Positions 1 through 10,522 of a stretch of DNA of 56,389 bases are shown one piece after another. Numbering within the stretch: the stretch's first letter is position 1; the number at the start of each line of letters is the position of its first letter. A model generated the notes under the pieces. The model made no database searches. It was not told the origin of the DNA and saw only the letters and a list, made by a program, of their open reading frames with translations. This DNA is from an uncultured virus (IMG/VR IMGVR_UViG_2898074128_000002) (Duplodnaviria > Heunggongvirae > Uroviricota > Caudoviricetes). A program made the translations under genes and the position numbers. Where the stretch lies: IMG/VR virus record IMGVR_UViG_2898074128_000002; one strand, 5' to 3'.

Positions 1-36
1 TCTCCTGCGGCACTATCTTTCCCAAAAGATATCGGG

Positions 37-2763
37 ATGTATAATCTTAATGCGCTGGAGACGATCTGGACAAAAGTGACCAACGGTACCATCGACGGAA
101 AACCCGCGACGACTTATGCACGACCAGTCGTACAATCTATGAGACTGTATTCCAGGGAGAAAAAACACCAATCAAAATCCGGCCATGTTTCTACGGAATC
201 CCAAGTTACCGGACAGCCGGACATCTATGTGCTGTTTGCAACGGTGCTTGACGATATGGATAAAGACGGAGACATGATTTTTGCGAACTCCCGCATCAAT
301 GGCGGACGCCGTGTTACGGAAAACCAAGGGGTTGTCACGCTCGCAAGTCTGGAAGAGAAATCCAGAACCGAGTACGACTACAACAAATTAAACGAGCAGC
401 TGGATAACCACCTGATCGAAGTTATCGGCAACACACAGGTGAACATCCCGGGAATTACAGCTCATCAGCTGTCTCTTACGATTGGTGACGAATCCATGAG
501 TGACCTGCTCGAATCGCAGGCGACAACGATCACACACCAGGCCGAGGAAACTCTGCTAAAATTCGTTGAGGTATTCAGCGCACGCATGAAGGAACTCAAA
601 GCGAAGAATTACCACTATCCGAGCGCACAAAAACATCTTGATAATGCGCTTATCACGTTCGTTCAGCATATTGATTTACTGAATGATATAGAGGATAACC
701 TGATTACAACCGACCTCCTGGCGTCGATCTATCAGAAGCTGAAAGAGAACCTGGGTGACCAGCGCACGATTAATGACATCGCACGCCACAGTCTGCGCCT
801 CTTATTGTCTCAGCGACTGCACGAACTGGAGGAGATCCGTGACAACGATGGGCTGTATCGCTTTGAGCCGAACGACCAGATCGTTAACCAGGCTATGCAA
901 CAAAACCCGAACTATTCGATGCAGCAAAAGCGCATCGTTACCACGACTGATCCGCTTGTTATCGGTCAGGCAGGTGCCGGTTCCGGGAAATCCCATACAC
1001 TTATCGGACGAATCAACTTCCTGAAAGACCAGGGTGAAGATTTGAGCAAAGTGCTGGTATTAAGTTTTACAAACGTCGCCGCTATTAACATCAACAACCG
1101 TTTTCCAGGAGTACGCTCCGAGACGCTTGCGAATATGTTTCATACGATTTATTCCGCGACGCATCCTGCACAAAAACTGTCTCAGCCGTCTACCGTGGCT
1201 AACTCGATCCGCCTCTTGAACCCAGCAAGCCAGTATTTCCAGGACATGGGCCTTGACGCAGATGAACTACGAGAATTTATCGAAGATTTCGCCATGAGGC
1301 TTGAGCAGTTCGACCAGACAGGATTTAAGCGTGTGAACCTGCAGCAAGAATTAAAACGCCTGTCTAACCTTATCGAAGGAAATCTTGATATGTGCAGCTA
1401 TGTCTTAAACGCTGTGGAACAGACGACGCTGGAGCTGGAACCGATCATCATTCACCATAAGCTCCTTCACGGCGGAGACGACCTGAACATTCCGGACGCT
1501 TACCAGAACCTGAATTATATTATTACGGATGAATCACAGGACATCTCGACATTTGAGTACATCCTGCTGTTAGAGTTGACGCTTCACTATCGCTCCCAGC
1601 TGTTGATTATCGGTGACGGTTCCCAGACATTGTACGAGTTCCGTAACTCCGATCCACGTTATATGAACGCACTGGAAGCATCGAACGTGTTTACCAGCCA
1701 CAAACTGGAGACGAATTACCGTTCTAACGAAGAAATTCTAATGTATGCTAACCAGTTCCTGCAGGTCATTGACGCAAATAAATACGCAGGTATTCAACTT
1801 AAATCTTCTAACTTCAGCTCTCCAACGGAACAGTCCGTGAAAGATGCCATCACGATCGGCGATAATGAAATCTCTGGCGGTACGCTGAAGGACTACACGG
1901 AAGGCCTGAAAGAGTATTTACAAAACGACAAGCAGTTCGAGAAATGGTTTATCGACCGCGTCAAAAAGGGCGAACAGGTTGCTATTATGGGCTGGACGAG
2001 AAAAGAAGTTATCGAAGCGGGTGAAGTGATTGAGGCTATGCTGAAAGACCACCAGCTTGCTCACATCGAAGTCACAAACATCATGTCTAACAACGAGCGT
2101 CCGATGACACTATTGTCTCGTTTTGCACGGGCGAAAGCCGAAAGCCTCCGATCTTTCGATCCGACTCATCCGCACTACCTGAAAGAGATCGAACGTCATG
2201 TCGATGAGTTCCTGAACAGGGAATTCAAGCGGGCATCCAGCAAACAGAGTGCGTTTTATTACAACTTCATCATGAGAAACGTAAAATCCGTAACGCAAAG
2301 CCATGAATGGAACGCCTGGGTAGCGGACTACCGCCAAGGGAAAATCAATAGACACCAAATCGGCAGTTTCCTGATTCAGCAGCTCCTTCGCCTGGAAACA
2401 CGCAAGAACGCGATGGATCAATTCCTGCGTAAACAAAAAGATGTGCCGAACTACGATAAATGTCCAATCATCCTATCGACGATTCACGGTACAAAGGGTC
2501 TGGAATTCGACCACACTGTTGTCTTGTTTAACGAAACAAAACGCGGTGCGACCTCACAAGAATCCATGAGAATGATGTTTGTGGCTTTATCACGCGCGAA
2601 GAAGTCCGAGTTTATTATCAACTCTCATCGCGCATCGAAAATGCGTACCGTGTCAGATTCCCATGCCGGGATGTTCCAAACACCGGTCAGCAGTGCCTTT
2701 CTCCGCACGATGAACGACGCGGCGAAGCTCCAGCAGGCTCAGCCTGCGACGGCCACACCTTAA
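37..2763 (+). CDS. UvrD/PcrA-like superfamily 1 DNA helicase (frame is open back to base 1, so possibly 5'-truncated by the window)
   Basis: SF1 motifs: AGAGSGKS (Walker A), SFTN, TDESQD (Walker B), IGDGSQTLYEFR, LETNYRS, STIHGTKGLEF, FVALSRAK. Confidence 0.9.
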   Translation: MYNLNALETIWTKVTNGTIDGKPATTYARPVVQSMRLYSREKKHQSKSGHVSTESQVTGQPDIYVLFATVLDDMDKDGDMIFANSRINGGRRVTENQGVVTLASLEEKSRTEYDYNKLNEQLDNHLIEVIGNTQVNIPGITAHQLSLTIGDESMSDLLESQATTITHQAEETLLKFVEVFSARMKELKAKNYHYPSAQKHLDNALITFVQHIDLLNDIEDNLITTDLLASIYQKLKENLGDQRTINDIARHSLRLLLSQRLHELEEIRDNDGLYRFEPNDQIVNQAMQQNPNYSMQQKRIVTTTDPLVIGQAGAGSGKSHTLIGRINFLKDQGEDLSKVLVLSFTNVAAININNRFPGVRSETLANMFHTIYSATHPAQKLSQPSTVANSIRLLNPASQYFQDMGLDADELREFIEDFAMRLEQFDQTGFKRVNLQQELKRLSNLIEGNLDMCSYVLNAVEQTTLELEPIIIHHKLLHGGDDLNIPDAYQNLNYIITDESQDISTFEYILLLELTLHYRSQLLIIGDGSQTLYEFRNSDPRYMNALEASNVFTSHKLETNYRSNEEILMYANQFLQVIDANKYAGIQLKSSNFSSPTEQSVKDAITIGDNEISGGTLKDYTEGLKEYLQNDKQFEKWFIDRVKKGEQVAIMGWTRKEVIEAGEVIEAMLKDHQLAHIEVTNIMSNNERPMTLLSRFARAKAESLRSFDPTHPHYLKEIERHVDEFLNREFKRASSKQSAFYYNFIMRNVKSVTQSHEWNAWVADYRQGKINRHQIGSFLIQQLLRLETRKNAMDQFLRKQKDVPNYDKCPIILSTIHGTKGLEFDHTVVLFNETKRGATSQESMRMMFVALSRAKKSEFIINSHRASKMRTVSDSHAGMFQTPVSSAFLRTMNDAAKLQQAQPATATP

Positions 2764-2772
2764 CATCTATCC

Positions 2773-2813
2773 GACCTCTGGACCCTCATGGGGTTTCGGA
2801 GGTCTTTTTTTTT
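2773..2813 (+). terminator. Rho-independent terminator after helicase
   Basis: GACCTCTGGACCC...GGGTTTCGGAGGTC stem followed by a T9 tract. Confidence 0.8.
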
Positions 2814-3028
2814 CTTGCACGATGCCAGGTCACACCCAGTTATTAAAATGCTTTATTTAAGGCGAGTAATGGGCCGTAGAGACGTTTTAGGACCTATCGG
2901 GGTGTAAAAGTACCAATTTACTGGATAATGGCTCACAGACAATCTCTCAGGGGTAGATATCGCCATTACGGGAGTATTTAACACCTCACCCCGAGATCAC
3001 AAAGCAAAAACCGCTTAAAAATCAAAAA

Positions 3029-3416
3029 TGTTCCTTCGTTCCTGGTTTATTTGAGAAAACTTTATATACGTAACACGTATGTATATATTATTTTTTTTTA
3101 TAAGTCTTTACTTAATAAAAAGAGGAACAAAGGAACATAATCGCGTGACCCCTTGGTATGAAAGGATTTAGCTGTTCCTTTTTTGCCTGTGACTCCAGGG
3201 ACATTGGAGGGACATTTCAAGAGAAAAAGGAACAAAACTGCCGAAATTACTTGCATGTATGCAAAATGAGGTGTTTGTTCGTTTAATGTTGGAACCGCTT
3301 ACATTTATAAATCTACTTGCATGTACGCAATTTTCACTCAAAAAAAGGAACATTTAGAGCGAAAAAGGAACATTTTGACCCTAAAAAGGAACAAAGCAGG
3401 AACAAATATAGGGACA
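3029..3416. repeat. Iteron-like array of GGAACA/GGGACA repeats in both orientations around an AT-rich tract; candidate origin
   Basis: More than 10 copies, e.g. AAAAAGGAACATTT near 3342 and 3362; AT-rich stretch 3080-3120; no credible ORF. Confidence 0.6.
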
Positions 3417-3603
3417 CCTTTTCGGGGGCATTTAGCAGTATCCCGCCCCTCTTTTTTCTGTGACTTACGGACCGAAGCGTCCGTTTTCGCCGATGAACAA
3501 AACCCTGAGTGTTGTGGTAGGCGGAATGAGAGGAAATAAAAGTGAAAACGCTCTGCATACAGTGGAATAGATAAATTATTTCATTGTTAAACAAATAGGC
3601 ATA

Positions 3604-3648
3604 TGCTATAATGGAAATAGATGGAAAACACTGTACGTCCAACGTTTT
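3604..3648 (+). promoter_or_regulatory. Extended -10 (TGCTATAAT) followed by the palindromic operator AAAACACTG-N6-CAACGTTTT (3625-3648)
   Basis: Read directly; the motif recurs at many promoters in the window. Confidence 0.6.
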
Positions 3649-3714
3649 AGTTATAAATTATGCTTATTTTGCACCCCACCATGAAAAAAAGGGACTAAAA
3701 AACAGGAGGTTTTA

Positions 3715-4968
3715 TTGATGATCGAGGAAATGAAAAAGATAAACGGCCAGGCTGAGCAAGACAATCAGACAGGCATTCAACCGATCCAGACAGCTATCGC
3801 CGAAGTGAATATCGTACCGGCTATCACGGAAACATCCAATTTTCAAATTGTGCTGCAGGAAATCCCGCTCCGGGTGCAGGAAGCAAACAAACTGCTTGAA
3901 GATTACCGCGAAAATCCCGACGCGTTTCTTGAAACCATCGACGATGCTACCCTGGATGGCCAATTAAAAGAAATGGCGCAGGTGTCAGGGTTTGTCAGAG
4001 ACGTGGAGAAATCACGTAAGGACATTAAGGCATATATGAATGGCGTCCGGGATCAGCTGCTCAACACGCTCGATAAGCGCCTGGAAGGAGCGTCGTTTCG
4101 CGAGTTGGAGCGGGCCCAATCGGATATTAAACAATTAAAGAAAGATGTGGACGCTGACCGACGCGCAAAGCGCTGGGAGGAAATCAGAGTGACGTTTGAA
4201 GCGAATGTGAACCGTTATCCGTTGCTCGGAGAATTCACCCCGGAACTTGCGGACTTCAGCCGGTTCAAGCTCTTGTTTCCGAAACTGATCTCTGGGGCGA
4301 AAACACGTAAAGTGAAAGAGGCGGATCACACAACCGTAAACGAGACACTCTATGCGTGGAATACCGCGGTGGAACTCATAAAAGAAAACGAATGGGGATT
4401 GTCGCCGCAGGATTTGAACCAGCTGCTTACGATGTTCAAACAAAATCCTTCCGTAGAACTGGTTCAGCGGGAAGGCCGACAGCTTAGAATTAACGCCGAA
4501 GCCCGAGAGAAAGCTCGCCAAGAAGCAGAAGCCCGCCGTATCGCACAAGAGCGTCAGGCCAAAATCGCTGAGCAGCAACGCCAGGAAGAACTGGCACGCA
4601 TTCAGGAGCAGGAGCGTCAGGCTAAGTTAAAACAGGACGCTGAAGCGCAAAGGAGAGCGGAGCAAGAACGGCAGGCGCTCGAAGAACGCTCTCGTCTGAT
4701 GGCGGAACAGGAACGCCAGCGGAAAGCGGAATACGCCAACTTCGGCGGGCAGTATAAAACGATTTTCAAAGAATCGTTCCCGCGTTTTATAGAGTACCTG
4801 TTTAACAACCCGGCATATCACGATGTCCATTCCAGTGCGCAGACCAAAGCATCTGTCATTTATGACATCATGCGCCAGGTAGAGCGTCCGGACTCCGTGG
4901 TCACAAGGGAAACTGCGAAAGATCCACAGAAGGTGCTGGATCTTGTCCGATATATTCTGGATGCGTAA
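3715..4968 (+). CDS. Coiled-coil hypothetical protein (DUF1351-like appearance)
   Basis: 417-aa ORF with AGGAGG RBS; long E/Q/R/A-rich helical stretch. Confidence 0.6.
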   Translation: MMIEEMKKINGQAEQDNQTGIQPIQTAIAEVNIVPAITETSNFQIVLQEIPLRVQEANKLLEDYRENPDAFLETIDDATLDGQLKEMAQVSGFVRDVEKSRKDIKAYMNGVRDQLLNTLDKRLEGASFRELERAQSDIKQLKKDVDADRRAKRWEEIRVTFEANVNRYPLLGEFTPELADFSRFKLLFPKLISGAKTRKVKEADHTTVNETLYAWNTAVELIKENEWGLSPQDLNQLLTMFKQNPSVELVQREGRQLRINAEAREKARQEAEARRIAQERQAKIAEQQRQEELARIQEQERQAKLKQDAEAQRRAEQERQALEERSRLMAEQERQRKAEYANFGGQYKTIFKESFPRFIEYLFNNPAYHDVHSSAQTKASVIYDIMRQVERPDSVVTRETAKDPQKVLDLVRYILDA

Positions 4969-4986
4969 ATCGCACAGCTGAACGGG

Positions 4987-5026
4987 AAAAAGGGTCCGGG
5001 GGTTATCCCCGGACCCTTTATTTTTT
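4987..5026. terminator. Bidirectional terminator between convergent genes
   Basis: AAGGGTCCGGGG / CCCCGGACCCTT inverted repeat with A and T tracts on either side. Confidence 0.8.
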
Positions 5027-6235
5027 GGCTTTTAATGCGAGTGCTTTTTCACGGCGCTCTTTGAATTTAATTAATTTCGCCCCGTCAATGTTTAAACGAT
5101 CAATAGCCTCATCAAGAATAGCGATTTCATTGTCGTAATCTTTAAGTTTTCGATAAGCCATGGCATATGAATCATATAAGACGGGTGCGTCGTAGCCGTT
5201 GTAACGGGCCTTATCGAATAATTCAATGGCTCGCTCAATATTACCATCTTTTCGTTCCCTGTCGCCTTTTTCCCAGTACGGCATCCCTTCGGCGAAGCCT
5301 TTATGGGAGTCATTCGAATTCTTAATTTTATTTAGCGCGACTCGGTTATGGACAGGGTTGATCGATAGTTCTTCTGTAACAGCCACCTCTACTTCGCCAT
5401 ACTTTTCTTTTAACAGCAACCAAACATCTATTAAATGGTAGGTCGGTATATTCCGACCGAGTTTCTCTAATGCTTGGTCTTGATCCGACTCATAATTAGT
5501 GACGTAATCATCCCCGATGTATATCCACGCAGTAATTGATTTTGCATATTTGCTTTTCATGATTTTGCTTTTATTAGACAGCAATAACGTTTTTGTTTCA
5601 CTGATATATTTGTCCAAATTCCCACCGTAGATGACATCGATCTCATCCCGCATATTCCGATCAATGAAGACGACGTTTTTTAGATTTTCATATACCACGC
5701 CATCAAAGGAGCGATGCTTTATCCCAAAGTAATGTTCTTCTATTTCACTTGGGTATAGACAAGGAGCTTTTTCAAACTGGAGTGCAGGTGTGCCAGGGCT
5801 TCGATCATATCCGTTATCTCTGTTAGTCAACAATGGGATGATTCGATTTGTTAACCTATCATTTGTTTCATTTAGTATTCTGGTCATTTCTTGCGTTTCT
5901 AACGCGATCGCCTCGTCTTCGGTCAACCCCTCCCCGACAAAACGAACACCGGTGTCGTACATGTTGCGGATTTTTTCAGCCTCATAGGCCCGTTCGTGAA
6001 ACTCTTTATAGCGGTCTTTTCGCCCTTTTCCCACATAGAAGGTTTCACCCGTCTCTTTAATAAACCACGCATACACATAGAAATCTTTCGCGGTGCTTCC
6101 AGTTGAAACACCTACATCTGATGAAGAAATAGAGACGTTATGATTTTCATCAAATGAAATCCCCACAGACATATCCATAGATTGTTTCTTTTCTTTCTCT
6201 TTTTTCTTTCCAAAAAGTTTGCCCAACAGCCCCAT
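5018..6235 (-). CDS. GIY-YIG nuclease-like domain protein with C-terminal TPR-like helices
   Basis: FYVYAW...FYVGKGRKDR...EDEAIALE...LTN resembles a GIY-YIG core; C-terminal AIELFDKA/YDSYAMAYRKLKDYDNEIAILDEAI is TPR-like; ATG 6235 follows AGGAGGAG. Confidence 0.65.
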   Translation of the reverse strand: MGLLGKLFGKKKEKEKKQSMDMSVGISFDENHNVSISSSDVGVSTGSTAKDFYVYAWFIKETGETFYVGKGRKDRYKEFHERAYEAEKIRNMYDTGVRFVGEGLTEDEAIALETQEMTRILNETNDRLTNRIIPLLTNRDNGYDRSPGTPALQFEKAPCLYPSEIEEHYFGIKHRSFDGVVYENLKNVVFIDRNMRDEIDVIYGGNLDKYISETKTLLLSNKSKIMKSKYAKSITAWIYIGDDYVTNYESDQDQALEKLGRNIPTYHLIDVWLLLKEKYGEVEVAVTEELSINPVHNRVALNKIKNSNDSHKGFAEGMPYWEKGDRERKDGNIERAIELFDKARYNGYDAPVLYDSYAMAYRKLKDYDNEIAILDEAIDRLNIDGAKLIKFKERREKALALKAKK

Positions 6236-6358
6236 TAGTACTCCTCCTCTTTGATTTGATGGTGTGAGAAGTCTTACCAAGATGTCTAACCAGATTTTGC
6301 TTATAGTTTAACATAAATATCCAAACCCCTCCTATCGATCTTTTCAGACCAACACGTG

Positions 6359-6408
6359 AAACGAAAAACACCACCCCTTTTATAAAGGAGTGGTGTCGTG
6401 AAGTTGTT
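6359..6408 (-). terminator. Terminator hairpin; copy 1 of a 50-bp direct repeat (partner 9038-9087)
   Basis: Stem-loop plus A-tract on the + strand; 43/50 identical to 9038-9087. Confidence 0.7.
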
Positions 6409-6508
6409 CATTTTCTCTGTATCCATTTTCCCTTTTTAAACTTCAACGGGACCGACAGTTATATAGTTACATTCAATTATTGAAACAACTATTGGCTTTC
6501 TAATATAT

Positions 6509-7078
6509 TTAAAAATTTTCGATCATGGTGTTAAATCTATTATACGCTAAATAATTATATATATTTTCATTAATAATGTTGTTGAAGTTGTAATGATTAA
6601 GCTCAGGATTAAAGGAAGAGGGGTTATCTGGGTCTGCCAGCAGATCGTGGGTATCTTCCATCATCTTCAAAAATTCACTTAGGAATTCTTTCTCAGAGGG
6701 GGTTAGTTCAAGCTCTTCGTAAAATGGGTTAATATCAGGATCAATAAGCCCGTTACTCAGTATATGTGACACTCTAAAAAAATAGGATGAACCACCTGAA
6801 ACATCTTTGATATACATAGAAGTCTCTGCCAGAAGATTATCCAAAGCATCGAGGTCCGACTTTAGATTCATGAGAGCATTTACGAATTCTTCACCAACTG
6901 GATCATTATGAATGAAGCCCTGAGTACGTGTGATCGTTTTATGTAATTGTTGGACAAATCTGTCGCTAAAAATCTCAAAGTGTCTTTTTTCTTCCTGATA
7001 TGTTCGCAGATATTGGTAATTAAACACCGTGCTGATTAATAGTAAAATGCTTAATGTTATTACAAGATTTTTATTCAT
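6509..7078 (-). CDS. Membrane-anchored hypothetical protein (AT-rich cargo)
   Basis: N-terminal hydrophobic helix MNKNLVITLSILLLISTVF. Confidence 0.7.
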   Translation of the reverse strand: MNKNLVITLSILLLISTVFNYQYLRTYQEEKRHFEIFSDRFVQQLHKTITRTQGFIHNDPVGEEFVNALMNLKSDLDALDNLLAETSMYIKDVSGGSSYFFRVSHILSNGLIDPDINPFYEELELTPSEKEFLSEFLKMMEDTHDLLADPDNPSSFNPELNHYNFNNIINENIYNYLAYNRFNTMIENF

Positions 7079-7165
7079 ACTAACCACCTTATCTTTCAGA
7101 ATGCACCTGAGTTTATTATAACTCAGGTACATCTTTATAAAAGAGTTTCATACAATGTTACTCTT

Positions 7166-8635
7166 TTATTCTGGAACAAATAAGTTTGTTCTTACATCCG
7201 TTTTATAGTAATTGCTAGGTCTGAAAAATAGATTACCTGTAGGTATATGAGCAATACCTGTTAATTTAGCATGTGCGTTTTCTGCTCTTAGGATATTGTT
7301 TCCCAGGTTTCCGGATACAGCTCTTACTACAGTTCCATTATAGTCTATTTGGTCATCATAATTGGGACCAAAAAAGGATTCAGTTCTTAATTCTTTTACC
7401 TCGTATGGTGTAAGTGCTTCCCATAAATCTATTACTCTTTCCCCGTGTGGAAGGCGAGAAACAAAGTATCTTATCGGCTGATTTGTCTGCTCTAAATCTT
7501 GCCCATCCAATATACTTGATATAAAGACATTCCTGCTCGTATGACTAAATTGAGATATTCCTATTTCAAAGTTTTCAAAACTTATACCTCCGTTATAGTA
7601 CACAACACTTAAATCTTTTGTTAACTCGTTATATTCAACCAATGCACCATGGAGGACTTCGTAGACAGCGTGTTGGTGATAAATACCTTCACCATCAATA
7701 CCAGTATGGTAACCTGTTGGAATTATCATCGATAGTTGTGTTAGTGTATTATATCCTTGCTCACTACTATAGGCATAATAATCATAGCTTGTACCAGACT
7801 GAGCTCGCCACCGCTTCCATCCTTCTCCTTTAAAAAGATCCTCCACGTAAATTCCACCGTAAAAGTTCTTCTCTTCCAAGTTGATGCTATTCGTTGGAGA
7901 CTCTTTTAGGTCACGAAACAGTTGGTCTAAACGATCATACCTTATATTAATATCTTCCCAATTATCACTCTCGGAAGGGTTAGTCCCGTATATAGAGAAC
8001 TCAGGCTCCTTAACTACATTATTACCTTCATCGTCAATGATTGTCTCTGGTGAAGTCGTTTCATTAGTAATCTCAACTTCATCTTTGAATTGAGATTTAT
8101 TATTAATGTTTAGCAACGGGATAATCTTATCAGCTAGTTCAAAATGGTCATACCCTTCTACCTCTATAAAATTCACTGAGGATTGATATAATCTCTCAAA
8201 CGTATTTTCATCAATTTCTTGTTCAAAACTAATCCACTCCCCATTATCTTTATGTTCTAACACAAATGAGAGAGTAGTATTATCCATATTCTCTACTCTG
8301 AACTGTAATACGTTAAAATCGTCAGAGTCAATGTCACCTACAACTAAATTTTCAGCATAGTGCCCGTTATCAATCGGATAGATTTCACCAGCAAAGGCCA
8401 GATCAAAGTTTTGACCATTGATAGAAATTAATCCATCACCATTAACTTCCCCGTTCTCCTCTTGAATGACAAATTGACTTAGGGAGTATGTATTGTCAGC
8501 AGCGTCATTCTGAATGATCTCCCCATCCACATGGTCCATTGGAATTATTAACGTATCTGCATCTGAAGCTAAAGTCTGATTGGTAAATATAGCAGAAAGT
8601 AAGACTAAAAGAACAAAAGGTATTAGTTTCTTCAT
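7166..8635 (-). CDS. Secreted acidic hypothetical protein (AT-rich cargo)
   Basis: Signal peptide MKKLIPFVLLVLLSAIFTNQTLA; GGAGG RBS. Confidence 0.75.
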   Translation of the reverse strand: MKKLIPFVLLVLLSAIFTNQTLASDADTLIIPMDHVDGEIIQNDAADNTYSLSQFVIQEENGEVNGDGLISINGQNFDLAFAGEIYPIDNGHYAENLVVGDIDSDDFNVLQFRVENMDNTTLSFVLEHKDNGEWISFEQEIDENTFERLYQSSVNFIEVEGYDHFELADKIIPLLNINNKSQFKDEVEITNETTSPETIIDDEGNNVVKEPEFSIYGTNPSESDNWEDINIRYDRLDQLFRDLKESPTNSINLEEKNFYGGIYVEDLFKGEGWKRWRAQSGTSYDYYAYSSEQGYNTLTQLSMIIPTGYHTGIDGEGIYHQHAVYEVLHGALVEYNELTKDLSVVYYNGGISFENFEIGISQFSHTSRNVFISSILDGQDLEQTNQPIRYFVSRLPHGERVIDLWEALTPYEVKELRTESFFGPNYDDQIDYNGTVVRAVSGNLGNNILRAENAHAKLTGIAHIPTGNLFFRPSNYYKTDVRTNLFVPE

Positions 8636-9037
8636 CAATAAACCTCCCAAATATTCAATTTTTTGCTATCAATCTTTTTAAATGCATACAACATGACAAC
8701 CGCTTGTCTGAGCATCACCACCATTTTGTGAGAAAATATTAAAAATTAAGATTACTAAACTTGCAATCTTAGACTATATTAAAAGGAAAAAAAATGAAAA
8801 TATGATTTTCCTGTAAATTTCAAATTAATTTAGCAATAAATGGTATAGAATACAAATAAATACCATATTCTCACAAATGTTAAATGTTTCTATATAAATG
8901 TCGTTTATGCAAATAATGCAAAATAAAACCATATATGTTATAGGGTAGGAGGAGCGAAATACCCCTCCTTCGCCTTATACCTCTCGAAACGTACGAGGTA
9001 GAACATTTCAGACCCTTACATTTTAAGTTCCAGACCT

Positions 9038-9087
9038 AAACGAAAAACACCGCCCCTTTTAAAAAGGAGCGGTGCCATGAGTTTGTT
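9038..9087 (-). terminator. Terminator of the HU-like gene; copy 2 of the direct repeat
   Basis: CACCGC...GCGGTG stem with A-tract, immediately after the stop codon. Confidence 0.75.
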
Positions 9088-9485
9088 TATTCAGATGGTG
9101 CTTCTCTATTCATTCGCTGTTTGGCTATTTCCTTACGACGCTCGCGCAGCCGTTTTGCATACGCAGGACTTGTTCGAAACGCCATCGCTTCTCGCTCCGG
9201 CACGTCGTATTCCTCTCCGGTAACGGGGTTTCTGCCGACACGGGGGGATCTCCTTGATAAGTACCAACTACCCTTCCCGTGCATTTTTACCTCATTCCCG
9301 TTTTCAAGTTCCTCACATATGCTGTCCCACATGGCATCGAACGCGACCTTGATCGTATCTTTATGAATACCTGAGCGCTCTGAGGCCCGTTCTTCGATGT
9401 AATTTTGATTGCGCACATGGCCGCCATCATCTACGAATGGTTTTTCATCACTCTTTTGGGTGTTCTCTCTCTCTTCTGCACTCAT
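9087..9485 (-). CDS. HU/IHF-family DNA-binding protein
   Basis: GNEVKMHGKGSW...RSPRVGRNPVTGEEYDVP...F signature; ATG 9485 follows AGGAGG. Confidence 0.9.
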   Translation of the reverse strand: MSAEERENTQKSDEKPFVDDGGHVRNQNYIEERASERSGIHKDTIKVAFDAMWDSICEELENGNEVKMHGKGSWYLSRRSPRVGRNPVTGEEYDVPEREAMAFRTSPAYAKRLRERRKEIAKQRMNREAPSE

Positions 9486-9510
9486 GTGCACCACCCTCCT
9501 TTCAGCTATA

Positions 9511-10257
9511 TCATAGTTCCGGACCATCGTCTTCCAGTTCGACATCCCGCTCATCGAACCCGTAATCATCCCCGGCAGTTGTCTTTTGATACGACTGACC
9601 TCGACCTCGGATGTACGTATCATAGGACTTGTCGTAGTTGTTACCTTTCATTTCTTGCGCTGCCAATTCTTCTTGCTTCACTTGCTGATACGAGCGGCGA
9701 GTAGGCGTTGTCACCGGTGCGTGTCCTGCGTAGGACAATCCAGCGGCTTTCATTTCCCCTTCCCGACTGAATTGCTTTAAGAGGTCACGCTGCATCACAT
9801 TCAGGTCTGCCTCGGTAGGCTCTGTCTGAAGTGGATTCACTCCATCATTGTCCTGTACCATACGGTCATAATCGGCGTGAAAATCGACCGTTTCCCCTTC
9901 ATACTTACTTTCAAACGAATCAAACGTTTTTGTATAAAACGAAGGATGATTGGCGGTAAACGCATCGAAATTGCGAACAAGGTTTTTCTCCCTATCCGGA
10001 GAAAGGCTTTCCCCGCCCAGTTCTTTCGTCGATTGTTTGTATGCGTCCAGCATAATATCACGAAGGACGGTATGATCCGGATTGTCCGCGAGGATGACTC
10101 CTCTGCGCCGGAACGAATGCTGGATCTCATCTTTTAGGATTCCGTCGGATTCAGGATCGCCTGACTGTGCCCGGTAATACATAGACTCGTAACTGTTTTT
10201 AATACGACCTTCCGCTGACAACTGTTCAATTTGTTCTTTTCGCATCATCTTCACCAT
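9511..10257 (-). CDS. Hypothetical acidic protein ending EDDGPEL
   Basis: ORF with AAAGGAG RBS before ATG 10257. Confidence 0.75.
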   Translation of the reverse strand: MVKMMRKEQIEQLSAEGRIKNSYESMYYRAQSGDPESDGILKDEIQHSFRRRGVILADNPDHTVLRDIMLDAYKQSTKELGGESLSPDREKNLVRNFDAFTANHPSFYTKTFDSFESKYEGETVDFHADYDRMVQDNDGVNPLQTEPTEADLNVMQRDLLKQFSREGEMKAAGLSYAGHAPVTTPTRRSYQQVKQEELAAQEMKGNNYDKSYDTYIRGRGQSYQKTTAGDDYGFDERDVELEDDGPEL

Positions 10258-10522
10258 AAGACACGCCACTCCTTTAGTATGAGGTATATTAAAGAAATAA
10301 GCTATTGTTCGTGTGCCAAATGGGAAGAGTCGAAAAAAACACCTCCCATTCAGTATATCACGAACAAACACTTACATACACAGCAATTTGCCAATTTTTT
10401 TGATAACTTTTTCTATTTGTTTTACTGGTTTTGAAATCCGTCTCATTTCCTTTAATGTATAATTTTACCAGTGGTTAGGTAAAAAAAAGAAGGTCGGTCC
10501 CCCCACCTTCTTTTTAGTTGGA

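Noticed and set aside
2830..3000. Possible single-strand origin or ncRNA after the helicase terminator
   Set aside because: No convincing structure or known motif identifiable by eye
3168..3642. Short ORFs over the repeat array (also 54758-55151)
   Set aside because: No convincing RBS or protein-like composition; they overlap repeats and promoters
3625..3648. LexA/SOS box reading of the CTG-N6-CAG palindrome
   Set aside because: Matches neither Bacillus CGAAC-N4-GTTCG nor E. coli CTG-N10-CAG
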